A DNA stretch of 64,000 bases, taken from positions 74 to 64,073 of the forward strand of contig JBEKHC010000012.1 in the NCBI GenBank assembly GCA_050012475.1. The letters run 5' to 3'. The stretch comes from Candidatus Velthaea sp. GTDB taxonomy: Bacteria > Vulcanimicrobiota > Vulcanimicrobiia > Vulcanimicrobiales > Vulcanimicrobiaceae. The notes beneath the pieces were generated by a model. That model ran no database searches and was not told the origin of the DNA. It saw nothing but the letters and a program-made list of their open reading frames with translations. A program made the translations under genes and the position numbers. Shown here in pieces: positions 53,660 to 63,564 of this stretch. How positions within the stretch are numbered: the stretch's first letter is position 1; each line of letters opens with the position of its first letter.

Positions 53660-54475
53660 ATGAAGATTCGTGTCGGCTACGAGCTGATCTACGATTGTCC
53701 GCAGCCGACTCCGATGATCCTCACGTTGAGCATTCACTACACGCGCGCTTCGGATATCGTCATCCCCGATTTCCTGACGACGAACCCCTCCGTTCCGATC
53801 TCGGCGTATCGGGACGGCTTCGGGAACTGGTGCAATCGCATCGTCGCCCCGGCGGGGCGGATTCGGCTGGCCAGCACCGCCGTCGTTCGAGATTCCGGCG
53901 AGCCGGACCCCGTCGTCGAATTCGCGCAGCAGCATGCCGTCCAAGACTTGCCGGAAGAAACGCTGGTCTTTCTGTTGGGCAGCCGCTATTGCGAAACGGA
54001 TCTCTTGTCGGAAGTTGCCTGGAGTCTGTTCGCGGGGACCGCGCCGGGTTGGGCACGCGTTCAGGCGATCTGCGATTTCGTGCACCAGCATATCACCTTC
54101 GGCTACGAGCATGCGCGCCCGACGAAAACGGCCTGGGACGCATTCAACGAGCGTCGCGGCGTCTGCCGTGATTTTGCCCACCTTGGCATTGCGCTGTGCC
54201 GCTGCATGAATATTCCAGCGCGCTATTGCACCGGATATTTAAGCGATATCGGCGTCCCGCCGCCGTACAGTCCGATGGATTTTTCGGGTTGGTTCGAGGC
54301 CTATCTGGGGGGGCGGTGGCACACGTTCGACCCGCGCAATAACGTGCCGCGGAAAGGGCGCGTGTTGATGGCCCGCGGTCGCGATGCGACCGATGTGGCG
54401 CTCAGCAACACGTTCGGTCAAAGCACGCTCACGGGTTTCACGGTTTACACCGACGAGGTTACCGACGGCAGTTGA
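53660..54475 (+). CDS. transglutaminase-like family protein
   Basis: An N-terminal Bact_transglu_N-like beta region (MKIRVGYELIYDCPQPTPMIL) is followed by the core GVCRDFAHLGIALCRCMNIPARYCTGY. Confidence 0.8.
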   Translation: MKIRVGYELIYDCPQPTPMILTLSIHYTRASDIVIPDFLTTNPSVPISAYRDGFGNWCNRIVAPAGRIRLASTAVVRDSGEPDPVVEFAQQHAVQDLPEETLVFLLGSRYCETDLLSEVAWSLFAGTAPGWARVQAICDFVHQHITFGYEHARPTKTAWDAFNERRGVCRDFAHLGIALCRCMNIPARYCTGYLSDIGVPPPYSPMDFSGWFEAYLGGRWHTFDPRNNVPRKGRVLMARGRDATDVALSNTFGQSTLTGFTVYTDEVTDGS

Positions 54476-54542
54476 CGCCGCCCGCCTCTGCGCTTCAACC
54501 CACGTTCATACGAGCTTCACGAAACACTCTTATCTTAACGGT

Positions 54543-55454
54543 ATGGCACAGGCGTTTTCTCGCATTTTACTTGCGTTTGACGACTCCGCCGGTTCCCGCA
54601 CCGCCCTCGAATATGCTTGCGCCCTCGCGCAGGCAGGTGCGACTCTAACCGTTGCGCACGCGGTCAAACAAAACAACTTCGTTACCTCGGCGGTGGCGGC
54701 GGGATTTTTCCCGCCGGTCGATCCAACGTCGATGATTGCCGCGGCCGACGAGCAAGACGATTCCGTCTTGGGCGCCGCTATCGCAGCCTGCGCGGCGCAC
54801 GGCATTCTCGCCGAAAAAGTCTTCGTGCACGATTTGCCCGCGGGCATCATGGCGGTCGCTCGACGAACGAACGCCGACGTGATCGTGGTCGGGACCCACG
54901 GCCGTACGGGAGTCGCGCGGACGTTGCTCGGCAGCGTTGCCGAAAGCATTTTGCGCGCGAGCGACGTTCCCGTTCTGGTGGTCAGCCAGCACGTTGCGCC
55001 GCCGCAGCGCGATGCGATCTTGCAGCGCGCGCTTGTCGCCATCGACGATTCGGATCCGTCGGAAGCCGCACTCGCACTCGCGGCACACTTGTCGAAATGT
55101 CACGGCACGCGCCTGACGTTGTGCAGCGTCATGGCTGCACCCGCGTCAGGAGCCAAGAGCGTCGAGACGGTCTCGAGCAATTCGGCGTTTGGCGCAGCCC
55201 GATCGTTTCTCTTGGAAGACGCTGAGGTGACCGAAGAAATCGCTTCGTTCGTCGATACCGAAATGATCGTCAAAGGCGACCCGCCGGACGCCATCGAGAA
55301 AATAGCGCAGCAGCGCGCCTGCGACGTCATCATCGTCGGCACCCACGGCCGCCACGGGGTCCGCCGCGCATTGGAAGGCAGCGTTGCCGAAAACCTTGCC
55401 CGGACGAGTACCGTGCCGGTGCTCGTGGCGACGGTCCGACACGCCGCCAGATAG
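54543..55454 (+). CDS. tandem universal stress protein (two UspA domains)
   Basis: ILLAFDDSAGSRTALEYA...VIVVGTHGRTGVARTLLGSVAESILR is repeated as ALVAIDDSDPS...IIVGTHGRHGVRRALEGSVAENLAR. ATG at 54543. Confidence 0.8.
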   Translation: MAQAFSRILLAFDDSAGSRTALEYACALAQAGATLTVAHAVKQNNFVTSAVAAGFFPPVDPTSMIAAADEQDDSVLGAAIAACAAHGILAEKVFVHDLPAGIMAVARRTNADVIVVGTHGRTGVARTLLGSVAESILRASDVPVLVVSQHVAPPQRDAILQRALVAIDDSDPSEAALALAAHLSKCHGTRLTLCSVMAAPASGAKSVETVSSNSAFGAARSFLLEDAEVTEEIASFVDTEMIVKGDPPDAIEKIAQQRACDVIIVGTHGRHGVRRALEGSVAENLARTSTVPVLVATVRHAAR

Positions 55455-55466
55455 CTTGCCGGGTTT

Positions 55467-55934
55467 CTAGCGAATCGGCCGGACCTGCGCTCGGGTCACG
55501 ATCCACCCCGCACGCGCAAAGTGCAGCCGCAGCGGGATGGTCTCTCCCGGGCGAAGGTCGTGTCGCAATTCGAGCATCAGGTGATAGCCGCCCGGGGCAA
55601 GCATCGTCGTCCCGTGCGCTGGAATGGGAATCGACGATACGGCTTTCATCGAGACCAGGTCGCCGTTCATCGGCACGTTAGCCGGCGGCGGCGACATTCC
55701 GGGCACGGCGATCGTGAAGGTCTGGTGCAGCCCGGCATGGCTCGCCAGCGGCGAAGCGGCGCCGATCAGACGGTCGGGAAGCGCCGCGTCGTTGCGCAGG
55801 ATCGCATAGACGACGGCGATTTCGGTGGCCGGCCGGGACCACGCGTCGCTGACCGTGATTGCCGGCGAGCGAGCGTCGCCAACGCCCGGCACCAGCAACG
55901 CGAGCAAAAGTCCCAATGCGACGCGGCGCTTCAT
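55467..55934 (-). CDS. copper chaperone PCu(A)C (DUF461)
   Basis: A signal peptide is present, then ITVSDAWSRP...AVVYAILRN, and the Met/His copper motif region H..MSPPP..M...M....GGYHLML. Confidence 0.75.
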   Translation of the reverse strand: MKRRVALGLLLALLVPGVGDARSPAITVSDAWSRPATEIAVVYAILRNDAALPDRLIGAASPLASHAGLHQTFTIAVPGMSPPPANVPMNGDLVSMKAVSSIPIPAHGTTMLAPGGYHLMLELRHDLRPGETIPLRLHFARAGWIVTRAQVRPIR

Positions 55935-55955
55935 CGGAATCTTTTCAAGCGCGAG

Positions 55956-56684
55956 CTAGGCGCCTTCGGTGGCTTTCTCATCCGCCACCGGCGAGAGATT
56001 TGCCAGGAGCATGGCTTGAAACGCGACGACGTGTTCTGAAGAATGGGCCACGGCGCGCGCGACGTCGCCCGAGCGAATCGAGTCGAGCAGATCGCGGTGC
56101 CGCGTCGGAACCTCGGCGATATCGTTATAGTAGTGGCTGAGTTTTCCGAACAGCTGCAGCATCGGGGTCTTCAAGCTCTCCCAGATGCGCAAGATTCGCC
56201 GCTGGCCGCACAACTCGAAGATGAGTCCATGAAACTGCAGATCGAGCAGGATGGCCAAATTCCAATCCTTGGCCCGGGCCGCGAGATCGAGCCGGTCGAC
56301 GACCTCCTGCAATTGCGCGAAATGCCCGGGTTCGTTGCGGTCGATCAAAAACTTCACGGCGACCGGTTCGAGCGCTTCGCGAATCGAAAGAATTTCAACC
56401 GCGTCGGCGGTCGTGAGCGAAGCAACGTGCGTGCCGCGCCGGGGCGCGGTGATGACCAAACCCTCGTGTTCGAGCAGCCGCAGCGCATCCCGGATCGGAC
56501 CGCGGCTCGTCCCCATCTCCGCCGCGAGATCGCGTTCGACGATCCGTTGCCCGTCGTGCAGCTCACCGGAAAAAATTCGCGCGCGGATGCGCGCCGCGAC
56601 TTCGTCGAGCAGCCCACGATAGGCTGCGAGCGGGATTACCTCCGCGACCTCGCTATTTTGGGGACCCTTAGCCATGCCGTCCAT
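55956..56684 (-). CDS. GntR-family transcriptional regulator (FadR/FCD subfamily)
   Basis: The wHTH reads RIVERDLAAEMGTSRGPIRDALRLLEHEGLVI, and the C-terminal all-helical FCD domain contains HxxL motifs. Confidence 0.8.
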   Translation of the reverse strand: MDGMAKGPQNSEVAEVIPLAAYRGLLDEVAARIRARIFSGELHDGQRIVERDLAAEMGTSRGPIRDALRLLEHEGLVITAPRRGTHVASLTTADAVEILSIREALEPVAVKFLIDRNEPGHFAQLQEVVDRLDLAARAKDWNLAILLDLQFHGLIFELCGQRRILRIWESLKTPMLQLFGKLSHYYNDIAEVPTRHRDLLDSIRSGDVARAVAHSSEHVVAFQAMLLANLSPVADEKATEGA

Positions 56685-56704
56685 TTTCGCGCGGACCGAA
56701 AAAA

Positions 56705-56730
56705 AACCATCGCGGGTCGATGGTTAACCA
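56705..56730. promoter_or_regulatory. candidate GntR operator: overlapping palindromes AACCATCG-N5-CGATGGTT and TGGTTAACCA
   Basis: Read directly from the sequence in the divergent 228-bp intergenic region. TGGTTAACCA fits the GT-Nx-AC form of GntR/FadR-type sites. Confidence 0.35.
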
Positions 56731-56759
56731 TTGACCAACTGCCCGAAGGATGGTAAAGT
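56731..56759 (+). promoter_or_regulatory. candidate sigma-70-like promoter for the sugar operon (TTGACC-17 nt-TAAAGT)
   Basis: Hexamers and 17-nt spacing were read directly. The -35 element abuts the palindrome. No experimental support. Confidence 0.3.
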
Positions 56760-56911
56760 CTCGGAAATCCGTTGAGAGGATTGTTGACTGTGGAAGATAT
56801 TTCTCTTGTTTGGGCAGTTGCTGTACTGCCGGCCGGCCTTGAGATGGCCCGCTTGGCAACGGGAGAGTACCGCGAGGTCCGCGGCCTGCGGGCCGGATGT
56901 GAGGTGACCCG

Positions 56912-58270
56912 ATGAATCTTGCGAGCGGCCTCGCGCGCCGGCGCGACAACCCGGTTCGTATCGCGCTGATCGGCGCCGGAAAGTTCGGAACGATGATCCT
57001 GTCCCAGCTCCGGCATGAGCAGGGCGTCAAGCTGTGCGTGATCGCCGACCTCGACACGGGCCGCGCGCGCGAAGCCGTCGCGCGAACGGGCTGGGCTGCC
57101 GAACGCTTTGAAACGGCGGCGACCGCCGACGCCGCCAACGATCTCGCGCGCGCCGACAAGATCGCGCTCGTCGAGTCCGGCGAGACCGCAGCGGCGTGCG
57201 ACGTGGACATCGTCATCGAAGCGACCGGATTCGCGGACGCCGCGGTCCGCCACATTTGGACCGCGATCGAACACGGCCATCACGTCATCAACGTGACCGT
57301 TGAAGTCGACGTCGTTGTCGGACCGCTGCTCTACGCCCACGCACGCAAGCACGGCGTCATCTACAGCCTTGCCTACGGCGATCAACCCGCGATCATCTGT
57401 GAACTCGTCGATTGGGCGCGCACCAACGGCTTTCGCGTCGTCGCGGCGGGCAAGGGCACCAAACACTTACCCGAATACAAACGCAGCACGCCGGAAACCG
57501 CGTTGGCCTTCCACGAGTTCACGCCCGAGCAAATCGCCAAGGGCGGCTTCAACCCCAAGATGTTCAACTCGTTTCTCGACGGGACGAAGCAGTCCATCGA
57601 GATGGTCGCGGTCGCGAATGCGACGGGTCTGGGGGTTCCCGCCGACGGTTTGAGCTACGCGCCCGCCTCGGTCTACGAACTCGCAACCGTGCTGCGGCCG
57701 CGCTCGATGGGCGGGGTGCTCGATCGGGCCGGCGTCGTCGACTGCGTGACCTCACATTATGCTGAAGGCCGTGAAGTCCCCAACAATATCCGTTACGGCA
57801 TGTTCGTGGTCTTTACGTCCGACGAACCCTACACCATCCGCTGCTTTAGCGAGTACGGCTTAGCCGTCGACCCGACCGGGCAGATCGCCTCGATGTGGCG
57901 CCCGTTCCATCTCATCGGCCTCGAGATCGGCACCTCGATCGCGAGCATCGCCGTCCGCGGCGAGGCCACCGGCGCGCCCGAAGCCGGCTTCATCGGCGAC
58001 GTCGGCTGCGCCACGCGAAAAGCGATGCGCGCCGGCGAGCTCATCGACGGCGAGGGCGGCTATGCCGTCTACGGCACGACCGCAGCCGCCGAACGCTCGA
58101 TCCGCGAACGGCTCGTGCCGATGGGGCTTTCGCAGGGCTGCACCCTCGTGCGTGACGTGCCCGCCGATCATTGGATTACCGAGGCCGACGTCAAATTCGA
58201 CGAGTCGTCGTTCCTTTGGAAGAAGCGCCGCGAGCAAATCCGCAGCCTCACGCCCTCCGTCAACGCATAG
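56912..58270 (+). CDS. NAD(P)-binding oxidoreductase with a C-terminal SAF domain (homoserine-dehydrogenase-like, COG4091 type)
   Basis: Rossmann motif RIALIGAGKFGTMI. The SAF-like C-terminus reads AMRAGELIDGEGGYAVYG. Confidence 0.55.
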   Translation: MNLASGLARRRDNPVRIALIGAGKFGTMILSQLRHEQGVKLCVIADLDTGRAREAVARTGWAAERFETAATADAANDLARADKIALVESGETAAACDVDIVIEATGFADAAVRHIWTAIEHGHHVINVTVEVDVVVGPLLYAHARKHGVIYSLAYGDQPAIICELVDWARTNGFRVVAAGKGTKHLPEYKRSTPETALAFHEFTPEQIAKGGFNPKMFNSFLDGTKQSIEMVAVANATGLGVPADGLSYAPASVYELATVLRPRSMGGVLDRAGVVDCVTSHYAEGREVPNNIRYGMFVVFTSDEPYTIRCFSEYGLAVDPTGQIASMWRPFHLIGLEIGTSIASIAVRGEATGAPEAGFIGDVGCATRKAMRAGELIDGEGGYAVYGTTAAAERSIRERLVPMGLSQGCTLVRDVPADHWITEADVKFDESSFLWKKRREQIRSLTPSVNA

Positions 58271-58345
58271 CTCAACCAACCCAACGCATTGCGCGCAGCG
58301 CAATCATTTTCACACCGAGATTGCCGGCGACGGCAAGGAGATCGT

Positions 58346-59353
58346 ATGCGAATGAAATCGTTGAACGGGATTCCGGTTCTCGCGTTTGCCCTCGTTCTAT
58401 GCGGCGGCAGCATCGTGTCCTTCGGCGCGACGTCGAGCCGGGCCGCCGATGCGGGCTTGTCCTACAGCAATATCGATACCGAATTAGGCAAGCTCCCGAC
58501 GCCCAAGAAACACTATCGCTTTGCCTACGTCAGCAAGACGCTCATCAATGAGTTTTGGCAAGCCGTCAAAGTCGGCGCCGATGCGGCCGCGGCCAAGGAC
58601 GGCGTGACGATCGATACCCAAGCGGCCAAAGACGAATCGTCGCTCACCGAACAGCTCAACATCGCGCAGACGATGCTCAGCGGGGGCTACGACGCGCTGC
58701 TGATCTCGCCGCAATCCGACTCCAATCTCGGTCCGGCAATCGAACAGGCGAAGGCCAAGGGTTTGCCGGTCATCGATATCGACGACGCGCGTGCTCCGGG
58801 CGTGAGCACCTATATCGGAACCGATCAAGTATCCATCGGCATGAAAGCCGCCCAATATATCGCCCAAAAATTGCCGCAGGGCGGCGAGGTCGCGGAGATC
58901 GAAGGCCAGGCTGGTTCGCCCAACGCCCGCGCGCGCATCAAAGGCTTCAAGCAAGGCGTCGATGCGAGCGGAAAGCTCAAACTCGTTGCCAGCCAGCCCG
59001 GCAATTGGGACCGCTTGACGGCGCTCGACGCGGCCGCGACGATCATGCGCGCGCACCCCGACGTCAAAGCGTTCTATGCCAACAACGATACCATGGCCTT
59101 GGGCGTGGTCGAAGCGGTGCGCAACGCCGGAATGACCGGCAAGGTCATCGTCGTCGGCACCGATGGTATCGGTGCGGCCAAAAAATCGATTGCCGACGGT
59201 CAGCTCGATGCGACGGTCGCAGAGTTTCCGCTGCAGGAGGGTGCGCTGGGCGTCGAGATGGCGATCCGCCAACTCGAAGGCCAGAAACTGCCGGCTTGGA
59301 TCATTTCGCAGCAAGATGTCATAACGAAAGACAACGTCAGCAAATTCCAATGA
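58346..59353 (+). CDS. sugar ABC transporter substrate-binding protein (CUT2/RbsB-like)
   Basis: ATG 58346 with AAGGAG upstream and a signal peptide. Periplasmic-binding fold I blocks are present (FAYVSKTLINEFWQ, DALLISPQ, VIDIDD, AFYANNDTMALG). Confidence 0.8.
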   Translation: MRMKSLNGIPVLAFALVLCGGSIVSFGATSSRAADAGLSYSNIDTELGKLPTPKKHYRFAYVSKTLINEFWQAVKVGADAAAAKDGVTIDTQAAKDESSLTEQLNIAQTMLSGGYDALLISPQSDSNLGPAIEQAKAKGLPVIDIDDARAPGVSTYIGTDQVSIGMKAAQYIAQKLPQGGEVAEIEGQAGSPNARARIKGFKQGVDASGKLKLVASQPGNWDRLTALDAAATIMRAHPDVKAFYANNDTMALGVVEAVRNAGMTGKVIVVGTDGIGAAKKSIADGQLDATVAEFPLQEGALGVEMAIRQLEGQKLPAWIISQQDVITKDNVSKFQ

Positions 59354-60861
59354 TGGAACGGCAAACTTCCGGCCCCGTACCGGCGCTCGCACTCGAAGGC
59401 TTGTCGAAGTCGTATCCGGGCGTGGCCGCGCTGCAAGACGTGTCCTTCTCCGTCGCCGGCGGCGAGATTCACGCGCTGCTGGGCGAAAACGGGGCCGGCA
59501 AGTCCACGTTGCTCAAGATCGTCTCCGGCGCGGTCCGGCCGGATGCCGGCCGGATCGTGCTGGAGGGGACGCCGCTCGAACTGCGCTCGCCGCTCGAAGC
59601 GCGCAACGCCGGAATCGCGCTCATCCATCAAGAGCTGGCACTGGTTCCGCACATGAGCGCGGCAGCGAACATGTACTTGGGACGCGAAGTCAAGCGCAGC
59701 AACTTGACGCTGGACCGCGCAGCGATGGTAACGCGGGCGCAGGAACTCGTTCGCCGGCTGGGCGTCGACATCGACGTGCGGCGCCCGGTGCGCACGCTGT
59801 CGATGGCCCAGCGGCAATGCATCGAGATCGCGCGCGCGCTGTTGTATCGGGCGCGGGTGCTGGCTCTCGACGAGCCGACCTCCAGTCTCACCAACCGCGA
59901 GTGCGACGCGCTCTTCGTTCTTTTGGAATCGCTGCGCGCCGAAGGCGTCGCGATCATCTACGTTTCACATCGGCTCGAAGAAGTCGGCCGCATTGCCGAC
60001 CGTGCTACGGTGATGCGGGACGGACGCGTGATCGGCACCGTCCAAGTCGCGCAGACGCCGCCGGCCCAACTCGTGACGATGATGGTCGGCCGCGACCTCT
60101 CGGAGATGCAGCAATCGCCGTATCGTCCGCCGGGACCCATCGCGCTCAAAGTCGACCATCTGACATCGGCTGCGCGACTGGTCGACATCTCGTTTGAAGC
60201 GTATCGCGGTCAGGTGCTCGGAATCGCCGGCCTCGTCGGTTCGGGGCGCACCGAACTCCTGCGCGCAATTTTCGGTGCCGACCCGATCGACGCCGGCACC
60301 ATCGCCGTCGACGGCAAGCCGCTTCCGCGACGCAGCGTGCGCGCGGCGATCGGCCGGAAAATCGGCTTGGTACCCGAGGACCGCAAGGGTGAAGCGCTGT
60401 TCGCCCGGATGTCGATCCGCTCGAACATGACGCTCGTCAGTCTCGCCCGTTTCGCGCGCGCCGGCATCATCCGGCATCGGCCGCGCAACGTCGAGGCCGA
60501 CGAACTCATCGCCGATCTCGATCTGCGCCCGCGCGACAGCACGCGGGCCGTCGGTCAGCTCTCGGGCGGCAACCAGCAAAAGGCCATCGTCGGTCGCTGG
60601 CTCAGCGCGAAAAGCGACATCTTGCTCATCGATGAGCCGACGCGCGGCGTAGACGTCGGTGCCAAAGCGGAAATCTATCGCCTCATCGGCACGCTCACCA
60701 GCCGCGGCGCGGCAATCATCATGGTGTCGTCGGATCTGCCCGAGGTTTTGCAGGTCAGCGACCGCATTGCGATCATGCGCGAAGGCCGGATCGTCAAGGA
60801 ACTGGACCGGCAATCCGCTACCGAGGAAACGATCATGCATTACGCAACGGGCGGAGTTTGA
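59350..60861 (+). CDS. sugar ABC transporter ATP-binding protein (duplicated ATPase, RbsA-like)
   Basis: Walker A reads GENGAGKST, the signature region MAQRQCIEIARAL, Walker B VLALDEPTS, and the second-half signature LSGGNQQK with LLIDEPTRGVDVGA. The ATG overlaps the SBP stop (ATGA). Confidence 0.85.
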   Translation: MMERQTSGPVPALALEGLSKSYPGVAALQDVSFSVAGGEIHALLGENGAGKSTLLKIVSGAVRPDAGRIVLEGTPLELRSPLEARNAGIALIHQELALVPHMSAAANMYLGREVKRSNLTLDRAAMVTRAQELVRRLGVDIDVRRPVRTLSMAQRQCIEIARALLYRARVLALDEPTSSLTNRECDALFVLLESLRAEGVAIIYVSHRLEEVGRIADRATVMRDGRVIGTVQVAQTPPAQLVTMMVGRDLSEMQQSPYRPPGPIALKVDHLTSAARLVDISFEAYRGQVLGIAGLVGSGRTELLRAIFGADPIDAGTIAVDGKPLPRRSVRAAIGRKIGLVPEDRKGEALFARMSIRSNMTLVSLARFARAGIIRHRPRNVEADELIADLDLRPRDSTRAVGQLSGGNQQKAIVGRWLSAKSDILLIDEPTRGVDVGAKAEIYRLIGTLTSRGAAIIMVSSDLPEVLQVSDRIAIMREGRIVKELDRQSATEETIMHYATGGV

Positions 60862-61862
60862 GCATGCAAAACCTGCAGACCAAAGAGATCGAGGTCGTCA
60901 CGGCAGCCGGCACGGCAGCGGCATTGCGGCGCACGCAATCGATCGAACGCGTGCGCCGGCTGGGCATCGTGTTCGGCTTCTTCGTCGTCTACGGCGTGTT
61001 CGCGCTGCTCAACCATCAGTTCATGAGCGTGGCGAACCTGACCGCGGTCGCGCTGCAGTCGTCGATCAACGCGATCATCGCGATCGGCATGACGCTCGTC
61101 ATCATCAGCGCCGGCATCGATCTTTCGGTGGGCTCGATCGCGGGTTTGGCCAGCGTAGTCGCGGCAACGGTGATGGTGACGCAGGGCGTCGGCGCGGGGA
61201 TCGCCGTCGGGCTTGCCGTCGGCCTCGCCGCGGGTGCGATCAACGGTGTGCTCATCGCGCGCCTAGGTCTGGCGCCGTTCATCGTGACGCTCGGAACGCT
61301 GGCGCTCTTTCGCGGCGCGGCGCTGGTATTCACCAACGGCCAGCCGATCTACGGCATCCCCGAACCTTTCCGCGCGATCTTCGCCGGCTCGATCGGGCCG
61401 ATTCCGACGCCGGTCATCATCGCCATCGTGTGCGCGCTCATCGTTGATTTCACCTTACGGCAAACGACCTTCGGCGAGCACATCTTGGCCATCGGCGGCA
61501 ACGAAGAAGCGGCGCGGCTGTGCGGCGTTGCCGTGGGCCGGGTCAAAGCGCTCATCTACGTGATCGCCGGCGGGCTGGCGGCGCTGGGCGGCTTCGTGCT
61601 CGTCGCTCGCATCGGGGCCGCGGAGCCCATCGGCGGCACCGGCTACGAACTCGACGCCATCGCGGCCACGGTCATCGGCGGAACGAGCTTGTTCGGCGGG
61701 GTGGGAACGATCGGCGGAACGCTCATCGGCGCCTTGATCTTGGGCGGCCTGCGCAACGGTTTGACGCTCATGAACGTGCAGTCGTTTTGGCAGCAAGTAG
61801 CAAGCGGGCTGGTCATCATCTTGGCGGTGTTGATCGACAAACTGGTCCGCCGCGCAGCATAG
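60858..61862 (+). CDS. sugar ABC transporter permease (RbsC-like)
   Basis: About 9-10 TM segments, with the typical GIDLSVGS and GGTSLFGG blocks. Start is TTG 60858 or ATG 60864. Confidence 0.85.
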   Translation: MSMQNLQTKEIEVVTAAGTAAALRRTQSIERVRRLGIVFGFFVVYGVFALLNHQFMSVANLTAVALQSSINAIIAIGMTLVIISAGIDLSVGSIAGLASVVAATVMVTQGVGAGIAVGLAVGLAAGAINGVLIARLGLAPFIVTLGTLALFRGAALVFTNGQPIYGIPEPFRAIFAGSIGPIPTPVIIAIVCALIVDFTLRQTTFGEHILAIGGNEEAARLCGVAVGRVKALIYVIAGGLAALGGFVLVARIGAAEPIGGTGYELDAIAATVIGGTSLFGGVGTIGGTLIGALILGGLRNGLTLMNVQSFWQQVASGLVIILAVLIDKLVRRAA

Positions 61863-61873
61863 AGCACCGAGGG

Positions 61874-62641
61874 ATGATGGACGGACAGCTTGCGGGCAAA
61901 CACGCGCTCATCACCGGCGGCGGCCGCGGAATCGGGCGGGGTATCGCGCTCGCCATGGCCGAAGCCGGCGCGAAGGTCAGCATCGCCGACCGCGACGCCG
62001 ACGTTGCCGAACAGACCGCGCGCGACCTGCCGGCCGGCACCGCCGTCGCCGTGGCGATGGACGTCGCGGATCGCGCGAGCGTCGAAGCCGGGTTCGATCG
62101 CGCCGAGGCGGCGTTTGGACTCGTCGATATCACGGTCGCGAACGCCGGGATCCTGAAATTCGCACCGTTTCTCGAACTAACGACGGCCGATTGGCAACAA
62201 CACCTCGACGTCGATTTCACCGGCGTCTTCCATGCGGCCCAGGCGACGGCGCAGCGATTGGTGCAGCGTGGGCGCACGGGCAGCGTGATCGTCGTTACCT
62301 CGGTCTCCGCCGAAGTTCCCTCCCGCACCCAAGGTCACTATTGCGCGGCGAAAGCCGGCGCGCTCATGCTCGTACGCGCCATGGCTTGGGAGCTTGCAGA
62401 CCGCGGTATCCGCGTCAACTCGATCGGTCCCGGCTGGATCGACACGCGGCTGGGCGCCGGGTATCTTGACGTTCCCGAACGCCGCGCTGAAGTCATCGCA
62501 ACGATTCCGATCGGGCGCGTCGGGCTGCCGCGCGACGTCGGCGCAGCAGCCGTCTTTCTGGCCGCCGACAACGCATCGTACGTCACGGGCGCGCACCTGC
62601 GCGTCGACGGCGGGCTGGCGATCGGCTCCGACAAGACGTAG
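61874..62641 (+). CDS. SDR-family oxidoreductase
   Basis: ALITGGGRGIGRGIA, NAG, the catalytic YCAAKAG, and the C-terminal YVTGAHLRVDGG. Confidence 0.85.
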   Translation: MMDGQLAGKHALITGGGRGIGRGIALAMAEAGAKVSIADRDADVAEQTARDLPAGTAVAVAMDVADRASVEAGFDRAEAAFGLVDITVANAGILKFAPFLELTTADWQQHLDVDFTGVFHAAQATAQRLVQRGRTGSVIVVTSVSAEVPSRTQGHYCAAKAGALMLVRAMAWELADRGIRVNSIGPGWIDTRLGAGYLDVPERRAEVIATIPIGRVGLPRDVGAAAVFLAADNASYVTGAHLRVDGGLAIGSDKT

Positions 62642-62650
62642 CGGACGCGC

Positions 62651-63187
62651 TTACTTGATGAGCGCGACCGTTTCGCGAAAGCGTGGGTGCTCGGCCGTTT
62701 CTAGCCACTCGAAGAGGACCATCTCCGTGGTTACGATCTCGACGCCGTGACGTTCCATCCGGCGCAGTGCCGTCGCCTTGCTTTCCGAACGCCGGGAACC
62801 GACCGCGTCGCTGACGACAAAGACGCGCCGCCCGCGCTCGATGAGACCCAGCGCGGTCTGCAAGACGCACACGTGAGCCTCGCAGCCGGCCACCACCGCG
62901 ACATGGCCGGCAGCGAGGTGCTCGAGAAAGCCCGCCGTGCGGACCGAATCGAAGGTCATTTTGTGAAACACGGCCACGGGATCCGCGGGCAGTTCGGTGA
63001 CGGTTGCGCCGAGCCGCTTTGCGTTCTGTTCCGTGAACACCACCGGCACGGCCAGCAGCTGCGCCGCGGCGATCAGCCGCCGCGTGTTTTCGACGACCAC
63101 TGCATGCTCGTCGATGACCGGCACGAGTTTGGCTTGAACGTCGATCACCACGAGCGTTGAGGTTTGTGCGCCAAGCATCAGCATCAT
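62651..63187 (-). CDS. isochorismatase-family cysteine hydrolase
   Basis: LVVIDVQ, VVFTEQ, and VAGCEAHVCVLQTALGL (catalytic Cys). Confidence 0.8.
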   Translation of the reverse strand: MMLMLGAQTSTLVVIDVQAKLVPVIDEHAVVVENTRRLIAAAQLLAVPVVFTEQNAKRLGATVTELPADPVAVFHKMTFDSVRTAGFLEHLAAGHVAVVAGCEAHVCVLQTALGLIERGRRVFVVSDAVGSRRSESKATALRRMERHGVEIVTTEMVLFEWLETAEHPRFRETVALIK

Positions 63188-63465
63188 GTTGTTCTCCCCT
63201 CGAGTTGGACGATCCGATCGCGGACATACGCTTCCATGAGCGCTTGGGCACTCGCGCCGAACATGCGAATCCGGCCGGTATGCAATAATAACAACAAACC
63301 CGCGGCATGCGCGAAGGTGGCCACGACGACTAAATCGGCTCCGGTCTTGGATGCGCCAAGCGTCGCGGCGGCGTGCGCGATCGGCAACAGAGCTGCCTCG
63401 AGCGCCGCATTCAATTCCTCGTCACGTTCGCGGCCCGGCCCACGCGGAGAATTGTGCCGGGTCAT
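63184..63465 (-). CDS. hypothetical small protein (TetR C-terminal-like?), stop overlaps the isochorismatase start
   Basis: An all-helical 93-aa product. The stop overlaps the downstream ATG (ATGA at 63184-63187). There is no HTH and no room for one upstream. Confidence 0.35.
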   Translation of the reverse strand: MTRHNSPRGPGRERDEELNAALEAALLPIAHAAATLGASKTGADLVVVATFAHAAGLLLLLHTGRIRMFGASAQALMEAYVRDRIVQLEGRTT

Positions 63466-63564
63466 TCTGCGGAGCGGACGGCTCTCGCAGCGGGCGCAAG
63501 CCTGCTGCGAAACCAGCCGCCAAGAAGCAGGAAGATTTAACCGTACAAATCATAACGGTCGCCC

